Below, in pieces: positions 54,001 to 64,000 of a stretch of 64,000 nt of DNA (the stretch's first letter is position 1; every line of letters begins with the position of its first letter). A program made the position numbers and the translations under genes. The notes beneath the pieces were generated by a model, which worked only from the letters and a program-made list of their open reading frames with translations, was not told the DNA's origin and searched no databases. The stretch comes from Antedon mediterranea (Eukaryota > Animalia > Echinodermata). Location of the stretch: the NCBI RefSeq assembly GCF_964355755.1, contig NC_092674.1, forward strand, positions 620,001 to 684,000, in the 5' to 3' direction.

Positions 54001-57000
54001 AGTGCTTGAATTATTTAATCACGCTGCAACTGATTTGCTTCGCAGGAATGCGTCTGTCCAATTCAGAGATTCATGAGTAGAAGCTGTATTCAATTACAAA
54101 CTTTTAGCATGTAAAATATAATATGTGATGATTGATGCTTGCTTGCATAGATTGCCAGGTAATTTACAATAGGAGTCACAATGATGCTCATTTGCATAAT
54201 GCTATTTATAAATCTACTTGTTGATTAACATTTATGTGACACAACATTGCATTGAAATGAATGTGTATAACACTACATAGGCTGCATGTAATCGCATTTC
54301 TTTGTAACACACGCACACTGCATGTAACATATTCGCCTAATACCAAATGTGATTTAATTTGCATGGTTAAAGCCTTGTCTACAATCAATCAAACTAGCTT
54401 GACAAAAAAAGTGCAACATGCAAAATATGGTAGTGATTTGACCAAATATGGTAGTGATCATGTCCATATATGGGCACATCACATTTTGTTGTCACATAAA
54501 GTTTGATAGTGTAGACAGAGCTTAATACGGCACAACTACCCCTTTCATTTACACACCAGCGCACATACAAAAACGCCCATGTTGACACCACAGTGTGTGT
54601 AAACTTCGAAATTTTAATACACAATATGTAAAAGGTGTATAGTATCCATGTAGGGTGGCCCTTGAATAGGGATGTCCCAACAGATGAGTTGGTCTCTACC
54701 AATGCTTATAAGTTCTACATACCTGTGGTCAGCTTGTTGACTGTTTGACGTATTATTCCATTGCTGTTGCTGATAGGATTGAGTCATTTGTACACGTTCT
54801 AGCCATTCAAGAGAAATGCTCACATAGCTATATAAAAATAAACATTTTATTAAAGTATGTATTGTCCCCCTGAAATAATAAAACTTTTTCTCTTTTTTTC
54901 TACGGAAGTGATTAACTTTATTAAAACTAAAAAATAGCATATTCAAAGTTTGATTTAAGTAATCTTCATTTTTCATGTTTTTGGGGGACAATATCTTTAA
55001 ACATACAGTACACCTTAGTTAAATCACAGTACCCACTTCACTGATCCCACATTAAACTCAGTTACACATTTAATATAGGCAGAGTGTTACAGTAGTAGTA
55101 CTCCAACCTACCTGGAAAACTCAGCATTTGGATTCCTTATGGAAACATTATGTTTCTGTCCATTAGGAAGAACAATTTGACAGATTTCATTCGGAGTACA
55201 TCTGTTGCGAGTCTCTGGCAGTTCCTGTTGATTCATGCAGAAATGAGCATTACAGGGCATAAATTATCATATGTATCATCAGTATTTGTTATTTTTATTA
55301 TTGATCAGGAAGATCAAATCAAAATATGGTAGCTTAGTTTGATTTTTACTAAAAACTGATTATTCAAATTCTCCAAACTTAAAAAAGTGAATTTGATAAG
55401 ATACAGTATTACTTGGATTGGAATCAACAGAAAAATTATAAATTTAAGTACAAGCCTAAAACAAAGATTTACTGATTTTATTAATCTTTTTTTTTGTTTC
55501 ATAATATTCAACCAAGAAGGAAAAAAATCAACTATAATAGTATATAAATGCATATTTAGCATACATCATGAATGTATTTGACTTGATTGATTTGGGCTGA
55601 CCCTGAGCATCTTACCCGGAGCTGACCCTGAGCATCTTACCCGGAGCTGACCCTGAGCATCTTACCCGGAGCTGACCCTGAGCATCTTACCCGTAGTTGA
55701 GGAGCCATCATGGTGAGAATGGTACGGTTTGTGAAAACTATCTTAAGCTGGCCATTAGAATAAGCTGTGAAATGTCCAAGCCCAGCTACTGTACTCTCTT
55801 CAATTGGAAACACTTTCCATTCTTCCTCTCTATCAATTGCTTTAGGAGTCTAAAACAACATATTTTAGTAAAATACTTGACAACCTTTTATGTTATTCTT
55901 AAACAATTAATACATCATTATTAAACAGAAATTTCATTTTTACATAACTTACCTTCCAGCAAATCTCAATAGGATCCATTGTATTCAAAAGCATGACATC
56001 TAAAAGTCTACAAATGGGAAGAAATGACAAACCAATTTAATTACGTTTAGGCCTACTACTTTTGTATCTTAAGGTATTACAGTATTATCAATCTTTAGCA
56101 GATTGATCTAATTTAACTAAAGCTCTGTCTACACTTACCAAACTTTAGTGACGAAAAATGTAATTTTCTCATATATCATCAAACATTATATATGTTTGTA
56201 TTTGTATGCACATTCGAGGGCCCTTAATGATCAGATCCTATACTGGAACTGGATAGGCTACCCTCATTAAAGATGGTAATAAATAAATGACATCATATCA
56301 CAACCATATTTGTGCACATCACATGTTATCATTTGTATTCAGAAACATGAAAAGACAATATATGGAAATTTAATACTTGGGAAAATTGTCTTTTCCATTC
56401 TAAAGTTTTGACTGACTAATTTTGGTTAAATATTCAATGTGAAATTAATTGTGAAATACAACAATGTTATTATTAATTAAAGAATATAATAAAATATGCT
56501 TTGAAAATTAAACAATATATAAAATCAATAATCTTGAATGAATTAATTAATTAAATTATTTAAATTTAAATAAAGAAATTAAGATACAAAATTTACATTT
56601 CAAATTTCCTGAATTTTAAGAGTTTTTTAATTTGAAATGAAGGATGATAGTACATGGTCCTCAAATACCCATAAAAGTTCTTGTTATAAAAATAAGTATT
56701 GTTATCTATTCATTCATTTATTCAATCTTTTATTTTGAAATCTCTGGTCCATAGAAAAAAAGAAAATAAAGCATTATAAATAAGTATGTATAAAAACAAA
56801 TCTTTTTTTCACTAATATTATAAAGAGATTTCAAGTAGAAATTGAATTACAGGAGACAGTGGCAGAATAGTTGTTGGATATTCTCACAATTTAGGTGAGA
56901 AAGGTGAGGAAAAAATCATATTTCGTCTGTTATATGCCTCTCAACCTTTAAAAATGATAAGGATCAATCAATCATTGATGGGCTCAGCTGTGATATTGCC

Positions 57001-60000
57001 CTTGAAGTTCAATTCTAATATTACATCATGTTATCTTTAGTTACAAACAACAGTAATGAAATGTAACAATTGTAAGAAACTAAAAATGTTAATTGATGTT
57101 TTCTAGTACATTCAATCAAGTATGGAATTTGAGGCATTTTCAATCACTTCGTCTTTAAAAATGTGATTCGAATACATAAATAATATGTTTGTAAGAGATC
57201 ATGTCAAAACCATTTTACTGCAGTTACTGCAGTAACTTCATTTTTTACTTTCTTTCTTTCTTTTTATTTTCCCACATTATAACATAATTACAAAATAATA
57301 ATAATAATACATTTTTTACTGCTCTAAGTAACATGATTTTAGTTTTTTAATGTAGAGGTTTATATAGCAGTCACAATACATAGTGCATAATTATTCAAAA
57401 GATCTTAATAAATAATTGCACAAACAGATTAAAGAGTAAAATTGATAGATATAGGTGTACCTAGATGCTTTCTTCACCATTCTAATGAGCATACTTTGAT
57501 GTGAACCAGGTATCATTGCTTCATTACTTGCTACAAGCATCCTATCAGTTGTCGACCCATCATAGTTGACGGTCGTATGCATAAAATACTGCCCTCTAGA
57601 ATCCGTTAAAGTAATCACGGATCCATCTCCAGGATAAATTTCTGATGATATTGGATTTAAGGAAAATCTGGAATAATCAAATATTAAAAAAATTAAAATT
57701 GCATACTCAGATACAAGAAAAAACAATTTTTTTAAATTTGATATTTTCTAAATGCAATGGATCATAATACAATTTAATTATTTTTTTCAATTTAAACAAA
57801 AATCACGTGATTTACCAACTTTTTTATTATTTTGGAGGTCTGATTAATCAATCAAAATAACCTTTATTTTTTTTTTCCATTTACATCCAAAAAATAGGAA
57901 ATGCATCATAAAAATTTGACCAATTAGCTTGCAAAATTGTTGAAAAAATAATCAGTAATAGAGGATAGCATCGCCGGAAGAAAAGCTGACTTGTCCAAGG
58001 ATTACTAACTAAATTTATGACTTTTCAGAAGATTTATTATAAAAAATAAACAATGCACTGACAAGCATTGACTTATCCAAAAATAACAATACAGAAATTA
58101 TAAGCTGGAAAAATAACAAACAAGTCATCTTGGATTTTATGACACCTTTCAACGAATTTCAAATGCCTGAGAAAGACGATTAGCATCAATTAACGTGAAT
58201 AATACAGCCTTGTATAAACGTTTAGATTAAAAATACAAAGTCGAAGAGTTTTTTTTTATTCCGGGAGTTGTTTTCAAAAGCGACTTTTCATGAATTCAAT
58301 CTGTTCGATTTAGTCCAAAGGCAAATGGCCAACTTACAATGGACTCAATTTTTGAAAGAAATGTCATACAATTATTGATGGCCAGTAAATCAGACAAAGA
58401 AAAAAAAAAGGTTTAATGGCTCAGTTGTGGGCCAGTTAAAAATAATGAACGGGTCACCTCCTGCGTACGTTTGTTTCTATGTTATATTGACCTAAATATA
58501 GCATATTTTTGTTAATAATCTAACTAATGGAAACATCCTTAAAAGTACATTTTTAACTATACAGAATACAATATTGTTTAACAAAATGTTAATCTTGTCA
58601 AGCTCGCATACAACCAGAAGGACACGGTGAGTTAACAACATTTAGGTACACTCATTCAGCTTATTGGGTCAATTACCGAGTAAATCAATTTCAATCATTA
58701 GCAGCATTATCTAAAGCTGGCTCTTAATCTCCTCTGAAATTAATCAAATGGCTAAGTAAAAAAATAATAACACAACACAATGTACAATTGACCAACTCTT
58801 ACAGTACAGTTTCTTATTTTCCCATGCAACATTACAATATGATAATATCACTATACTGTATACAGTACCGGTATTTATTTATCTGGAGGACCAAACTTAA
58901 AGTCTTGGCTTAATGCGTCCTCTCACACAATATTGTATTAATTTATGATCTGTTTTGTATATTGTATTGTGTGAAACTTGAAAATTGTATTTAATGTAAC
59001 AACATTTGAATCTTGGTTAATAACATTAGAATGTAACATTGCATAATGTAATCAAATATCTGTCGTTCTTTACAGTTCTTTTTTAGTTAAGTTAACTTTG
59101 ATGTTACTACATGTGATTACACATTAATGATATAACTCTTGATTAATGAATCAGAATGTTCTTAGTCTTAATTAATGGCTTGTAGTTAGCTAATGTTTTC
59201 TTTCTTCAATTCTGATGCTTAAATAATACTCTTTAAGACAAATGAATTGTTTTCATGAAATAGTAGTTGCAATATGTTCTCTAAACAACCATAATTTACT
59301 TTACAGTAAATTGTATAAAAAAATATCAAAATTATTATAATGACAACAACAATGCAGAAATCTTTTTTATCAGATCACTCCCAGCAGATGAAGAGCGCCT
59401 CTTGGGAGCACTTTAGTTATGATGTTATGTAGTTGTTCATGTTGACAGATTGTAAACCTAGAGCAGATAGCAAAAACACGAGACCAGAGGGAATTAAGAA
59501 TTGAATTCTACAATCAATTTGGGTGAATTGATATCAACGCATAATTAAAGAAAGTCCTGCGAGCAAGTCAATCCGGAAAACATAGATGTCTCAATTTGAA
59601 TACTTTGTATCAATTATTAAGAACATGCTTAAACGCCACACGAGACATGTCACCCATAGGGCATGACTTATTTATTATCTATGTACAATACACCCACTTG
59701 TATTAATTGATGTCTTAATGTAACTGACTGAGTTTTTTGTTAGACGTTCGTTTTTTATATCAATTATCTAGTTCATTCTTTTTAATCATCAAGCTACCCT
59801 TAAGGATAAAATAGATCAAGCCACCTTATTGGCATTTTAGAAAAGAAAAACAATGTGTGTACAGTATTTTGAATTCAAAATAAAATCTTTGATTTCACAA
59901 TATTAATATAGATGGCGCTGTTTGTCTTTCAGGATACTGCAGGACACATTTCATTAAATTTTGATTAGCCATAACTGAATGATCATTCTGAAAAAATCTA

Positions 60001-63000
60001 ATCTATTATTAATCTAAAAATAGTTAAATTGCATTGTGTTTTTGGCTATATCTACAGTATTAATCTAAAAAGATAAATTTTATTTTTGCTACATTTGATA
60101 ATGAATCGAGTAGAAGTGGTATTCAGCAAGTAAAGGCTCTATGTTTTGTCAATTATTAGCTAGACACTAAAATAGACACTAAAATACTAAAATAGACACT
60201 AAAATAGACACTAAAATACTAAAATAGACACTAAAACAGACACTAAAACGGACACTAAAACAGACACTAAAACAGACACTAAAACAGACACTAAAACAGA
60301 CACTAAAATAGACACTAAAACAGACACTAAAATAGACACTAAAACAGACACTAAAATAGACACTAAAATATTATTATTTGACTTTTTTGTATATACTGTA
60401 ATACAGTAGCTAGTAGTAGATTTTTATCAATAATTCAGTATTTCATTTAATTTGCTGGAATTTATTTATACATTGGGAGAACACTGAGCAATTATGTTGC
60501 ATTTTGTTGACTATGTTAGTCTACATTGAGAAAATATTTCCTACTAAAAACCTATAAAATGTAGACAAGTTTTTAGAATAAAATTTGTGTTTTTGCAAAA
60601 AGATAAACTAAACTGACTACCTGTAAATGACACCGTTGGCCATCATCATTTTCAAACTGCTATTAACTTTAGAGTTAGCTAGAGCGTCAAAATCCACATT
60701 TTCATCAAGTTTGCTGGAGATTTTCCTCCAAGAATGTAGGTAAGTCTTGGGGCACTTGGATGGTAAACTTTGAGGCAACTGCATCTTAACAGAGTTCCTG
60801 TATATGGTATTAATATTTGGGGTTTTGTTTCTTAATCTGAAGAAAGAGTCATTAAGTTTGAGAGGATCATCCATTTGATTCCCACCATTGTAACAGAATG
60901 ATGTTGAATCTTTCACCTTGAGGCTATCTTCATTGACATTCTCAAGATTTCTCTGATAAATTGTTGTCGAAGTTGCATCATGACAACTGATATCATCTAC
61001 ATTCAAATCAGAAAGATCAGTTGGATCTGCTGCAGTATATGCAGATACTGTATCTTTGTTTGCTAAGTTTTTCTTTTTGAATTGCATCACAAGTTGCAAG
61101 GGATGTTGCCATGTTATAGGGCAATGCTTAACAGACATGTGCTTAATTATCCATACATAAGCATGCTGAGTAGCAGAACAAGTATGCTTAGATCTAGTTG
61201 AGATAGTCTCACTGGGGCAATCTCCAATCTGAGAACCAACACTGTCTGAATGACTTGCAGTTGAATCATAAAGATGGAATCTTTCACCAGATATTCCAGA
61301 AAGGTTCTCATCACAAACCTTCTTATTCTTACACATGTCACTGACTTTACTAAGATATTCAACGCTAAAGTCTAAATCATTTGAAGCAAGAATGATAGAA
61401 GAACACTCATCAAGGGAACGCAACATTATTCCACCATTGCTAAGAACGTCAATGTACTTCTCATCCAATTCAGCTGACCAATTAACTTCTGTAATATCAG
61501 CATATGTCTTCTAGAAAAGAGAATTTGAACAGATAAAACTACTAAGATAATATCACTGTAGAGAAAGATATTTCTTGCCATTTTAACAAACTATGTATGA
61601 ATTTTTTATCTATCAAAAAAGTAATAGAAATATTATTGATTGATATTGCTAATTGACATAACTAACAACACCTGGATAGCAAGCCCAAGATCATTTTTCA
61701 AAACAAGTCATACAGTGTCAGAAAAACAATAAGGCTAATTTGAATTTTGTGTTTTTATTGATAGTTCCCTTTGTTTTTCCTTTCATATTGATTATCTTGT
61801 TGGCAAGTGCAATAGACTGCTTGGGCTGATGTGGCGTAATTGTAAACATTTTGACAGGCAAACCAAAATCCACCTTTATTATTCAATTATCCATCCCATT
61901 CTCAACTTCAGTTCTGTTATTTTTAATTCTATTTCGAAAACTCAGTCTACGCACATTCAGCGTCTGCATAACCGTTTTTTACGCTACATCAGCCACAACC
62001 AGAATTCTGACTTTCATTTCCATGTCCGATCTCCTGAGTCTCGTAGAACTTTTTTGATCTTGTTTTTTTGTATAAATGTATTAATTCTTTATTTGACTGT
62101 AACTTAGTTAGCAATTTTTATCTTAGAGTCCCTAGTCGTCGTCTTAGAAGAAATACTACTTTTCATATTCCTTTTAGTAGAGTAAATGTTTTAAACAAGC
62201 ACGAATGTGCAATACTCGGGGTACAGCGAAAGAAGCTGTATACAGACGTATACAGTTAGAAAGTAAAGAAAATAGGTTTCGCCAGGGCTCGAACCGGGAC
62301 CTTCTGCGTGTTAAGCAGACTTGACAACCACTACACTACGAAACCTCTTACATTAAAAATGTGGGTTACAGAAAGTTTTTTAATCCATTTAAATTACAAA
62401 TAAATGGTAATAAGCACAAAGCAAAATAAACATGTGTAAAAGTGATAATTACCGATTACACAAAATAAGTATTTTAAAAAATAATAAAAATAAGATATAC
62501 TCTGTATAATTATCATATTGCGTATACAGTACTTTTCACCATAAATTTAAAAAAAAAAGGTTTCGTCCGGGCTCGAACCAGGTACCTTCTGCGTGTTAAG
62601 CAAACGTGATAACCACTACGCCAAGAATCCGCATATAACCATATAACTACAAAACGCTGTGGTGTGTGTCACACATTGTGGCTTCTTAATTAAACAAATT
62701 AATTAACAAAAAATTAAAAATCCGGCTCTATAGCTTTGAGGACATGTCCCTGTAGCATGTTCATGCCAAATCCCAGCTCAATACTATAACGAATAAGGGA
62801 GGAGTAGTACTTTAAAAATCGCACTTTTTACTCAATAGTGTCCAGATGGAGGAAGAGAAGGAGAAAATGAGTAAGTACTAGACTCGGGTACCCCGAGTAA
62901 AAATGGTTTTATTAGTAGATTAAGTCAAACTTACAATTCTTTTACTTTAAGAAACCCTGAGTTAGATATTTTTAGTAATAATTTCCGTAAGTTTCGTAAC

Positions 63001-63438
63001 ATTGTTAGTAGTTTAGTTTAATGTTTGTTATTGTATATGTACGTGTTTGTCTGTGTTCCCTCCTGTAAGTGGTGAACCATGAGCTCACTGTTGGTTGGGA
63101 AATGAATGAATGAATGAATGAATACTTTATCTTACCAAGATGAGATTGGATTCCTGCAACAGGTTACTGGTAACATAAGGATATGAAGCAAAGCGGTTGC
63201 GAATACCAATAACCTGCTGAACTTTGGCTTTGTACTCGCTAGTAACATAAAGTGTTCTCTGCAGAATGGTCCGTCGGTGAAGGTCTAGCAGAGGGTGGTG
63301 ATCAGAAGATGGAGGAGCCTTTTTATGCATAAACGTAGAACCACAAGGTGACACCTCAAGAGCTGATCCATCTTTGTAGCTGCAAACCAAACTGTCATCT
63401 TGAAAGAGCAGCAAGCATGATGGTGACACAGTTTCCAT
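44760..63438 (-). CDS. C5orf34: C5orf34 orthologue (uncharacterised conserved protein), 715 aa, 9 coding exons: 63438-63136, 61510-60621, 57667-57461, 56007-55953, 55849-55691, 55224-55112, 54827-54723, 49362-49322, 45034-44760
   Basis: All intron phases are consistent (2148 nt total). Motifs match recalled human C5orf34 in order: DDS..Y.DGS.L.vSPCGS.F, QRT..V.S.Y, DITEV.W, SLD, CP..W.hPL.L, EIYpGDGSV, iCWK, G.F.AYS, C....P.GQ, EL.K...FN..L.NS, AL.KTS.....ID.LL. Confidence 0.9.
45293..46139. mobile_element. IS3EU-like foldback MITE (near-perfect 847-bp palindrome with internal (GAATGAAATGTTTT)n arrays)
   Basis: Termini TATGGAACGCC...GGCGTTCCATA and 6-bp TSD AATTAT (45287-45292, 46140-46145). 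Loop at about 45697-45723. Confidence 0.8.
47074..47535. repeat. 36-bp minisatellite, about 13 copies (ATGTCTAACATGTGGGCAACCACGACTTCTGTACTA)
   Basis: Near-identical units; explains ORFs 47013..47528 and 47074..47544. Confidence 0.97.
49322..49362 (-). CDS. C5orf34: C5orf34 coding exon 8 (RLVQTELKKLKCFN)
   Basis: tcttacag|ATTGGTA...AACT|gtatccttt, 41 nt, phase 2 to phase 1. Confidence 0.85.
50223..50341. mobile_element. Harbinger-like MITE family A copy
   Basis: GCTCTGTCTAAACTATC...GTGCCCAAATATGGTAGTGATATG...GATAGTGTAGCCTGAGCT. Confidence 0.65.
54371..54522. mobile_element. Harbinger-like MITE family A copy
   Basis: TAA|AGCCTTGTCTACA ... TAGTGTAGACAGAGCT|TAA. Confidence 0.7.
54723..54827 (-). 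CDS. C5orf34: C5orf34 coding exon 7 (SYVSISLEWLERV...QADH)
   Basis: tttttatatag|CTATGTG...CACAG|gtatgt, phase 2/2. Confidence 0.85.
54854..54996. mobile_element. Kolobok-like MITE, short copy
   Basis: TTAA flanks, ATTGTCCCCC / GGGGGACAAT TIRs; shares its body with 19826-20168. Confidence 0.6.
55112..55224 (-). CDS. C5orf34: C5orf34 coding exon 6 (ELPETRNRCTPNEICQIVLPNGQ...)
   Basis: caacag|GAACTG...TCCAG|gtaggt, phase 0/2. Confidence 0.85.
55596..55693. repeat. 25-bp minisatellite x4 that includes the exon-5 donor site
   Basis: Unit GCTGACCCTGAGCATCTTACCCGGA. On the minus strand, CGG|GTAAGA occurs at 55690, 55665, 55640 and 55615. Confidence 0.95.
55691..55849 (-). CDS. C5orf34: C5orf34 coding exon 5 (TPKAID...GLGHFTAYSNGQLKIVFTNRTILTM...)
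   Basis: ttgttttag|ACT CCT...CTA CGG|gtaaga, 159 nt. Confidence 0.88.
55953..56007 (-). CDS. C5orf34: C5orf34 coding exon 4 (RLLDVMLLNTMDPIEICWK)
   Basis: ttcttcccatttgtag|A CTT TTA...TGG AAG|gtaagt. Confidence 0.85.
57461..57667 (-). CDS. C5orf34: C5orf34 coding exon 3 (FSLNPISSEIYPGDGSV...KKAS)
   Basis: ttattccag|A TTT TCC...TCT AG|gtacac; lies inside ORF 57391..57726. Confidence 0.88.
60164..60370. repeat. 12-bp minisatellite (GACACTAAAA(C/T)A)n
   Basis: About 17 units. Confidence 0.95.
60621..61510 (-). CDS. C5orf34: C5orf34 coding exon 2 (890 nt)
   Basis: tcttttctag|AAG ACA TAT GCT GAT ATT ACA GAA...TAC AG|gtagtc; overlaps ORF 60617..61468. Confidence 0.92.
62275..62345 (-). pseudogene. 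tRNA-Val(AAC)-derived pseudogene
   Basis: GGTTTCGTAGTGTAGTGGTTGTCAAGTCTGCTTAACACGCAGAAGGTCCCGGTTCGAGCCCTGGCGAAACC. Acceptor and anticodon stems pair, A and B boxes are present, D-stem is mismatched and the T-arm is one base short. Confidence 0.75.
62559..62630 (-). pseudogene. tRNA-Val(AAC)-derived pseudogene, second copy
   Basis: GGATTCTTGGCGTAGTGGTTATCACGTTTGCTTAACACGCAGAAGGTACCTGGTTCGAGCCCGGACGAAACC followed by a T10 Pol III terminator. Two acceptor-stem mismatches. Confidence 0.75.
63136..63438 (-). CDS. C5orf34: C5orf34 first coding exon (METVSPSCLLLFQDDSLVCSYKDGSALEVSPCGSTF...)
   Basis: tttactatag|AG ATG; donor TTG|gtaaga at 63135; 101 codons. Confidence 0.92.
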
Positions 63439-63812
63439 CTCTATAGTAAATAAAATATCTAAACCCAACAATATTGGTATTGGAAACAATAAGTTGGTAG
63501 TCATTGAAGTACAAAATTAGCCAAGCCCTACCTACAATGAATATACTATACTTTAAATAGTCTAATCTAGTCTTGGTTGGTATGTAGGCCTAGAAGTAGT
63601 AGTAGGGGCCTGTGCTTAGCTAGTACTAGTCCTACTAGTACTACTTGCTTAGCAGGAATAGTCTATAGCCCTATAGTTATGCCATAATGGGTAGGCCTAT
63701 TTATTCTACCTCACTACCTATATATAGGCTAGGCTACTAAAACATACTACTCTACTACTACTACTACTACTACTACTAGTAGTAGTAGGCCTTAGTTTAG
63801 TAGTAGCCTACT

Positions 63813-63945
63813 AGGTGTCAGATGAAATCGGTCGCGTCTGAAATCGGTCGCGATAAAATCAACTTCCGGTATTTTGTATGGCGCGCCGCTAGAGCTATAC
63901 GTTTAATGATATCGGTCGCGTTTGAAATCGGTCGCGCTATTTTGC
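63813..63945. mobile_element. Probable left end of another MULE-like element at the C5orf34 5' region, overlapping ETS- and YY1-like motifs
   Basis: Starts GGTGTCA (compare GGGTGTCA of the 31797 element) and has four ATCGGTCGCG repeats. ACTTCCGG at 63862-63869. The other end is not in the window. Confidence 0.4.
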
Positions 63946-64000
63946 ATGGGACTCACTAGATACATTTTGAATATAGAATTTCTAATACTATTAACAATTT

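Larger units (their letters stand above)
62193..62903 (-). mobile_element. Helentron-associated / DINE-1-like non-autonomous element (HINE) carrying two tRNA-Val pseudogenes
   Basis: 12-bp subTIRs TACTCGGGGTAC (62213-62224) and GTACCCCGAGTA (62888-62899). 5' subTIR folds with an adjacent partial IR. 3' stem-loop GCAC-GAAT-GTGC followed by TTGTTT. Inserted in a T/A run without a distinct TSD. Confidence 0.75.
61785..63123 (+). mobile_element. 5'-truncated CR1/L2-clade LINE, interrupted by a Helentron-type element
   Basis: KCNRLLGLMWRN...LYYSIIHPILNFSS...IQRLHNRFLR...SLESRR..DL.FLYKCIN...FHIPFSRVNVL stops at the insert and resumes as KNGFISRLSQTYN...LDIF after 62903. (AATG)n tail at 63101-63123. 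Confidence 0.85.

Noticed and set aside
62275-62630. Functional tRNA-Val genes
   Set aside because: Both copies have stem-breaking substitutions or indels and lie inside a mobile element, so they are called pseudogenes.

Overview
AT-rich animal genomic DNA. The neuropeptide sequence points to a crinoid echinoderm (feather star, Antedon-like). Three minus-strand genes are present. (1) The 5' end of an unidentified protein-coding gene runs off the left edge. (2) A complete 370-aa SALMFamide neuropeptide precursor is encoded by coding exons 8235-8122 and 7362-6364 and yields 14 predicted amidated peptides; its non-coding first exon(s) probably lie about 14-16 kb upstream. (3) A complete C5orf34 orthologue has 9 coding exons and 715 aa (63438-44760), and its last intron is a U12 (minor-spliceosome) type. 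The remaining DNA is intron or intergenic sequence rich in non-autonomous DNA transposons: three Mutator-like elements with exact 9-bp TSDs, an IS3EU-like 850-bp foldback with a 6-bp TSD, Harbinger- and Kolobok-like MITEs, Helentron/DINE-like elements and LINE 3' fragments, plus mini- and microsatellites. The most unusual features are: a Helentron-type element carrying two tRNA-Val pseudogenes, nested inside a LINE; two MULEs with unrelated TIRs that carry the same internal palindromic module; a 5' splice site amplified four times by a 25-bp minisatellite; a cluster of perfect CRE sites around the neuropeptide gene; and a WxxFG (kisspeptin-like) peptide inside the SALMFamide precursor. All family assignments come from recognising motifs by eye; no database search was run.
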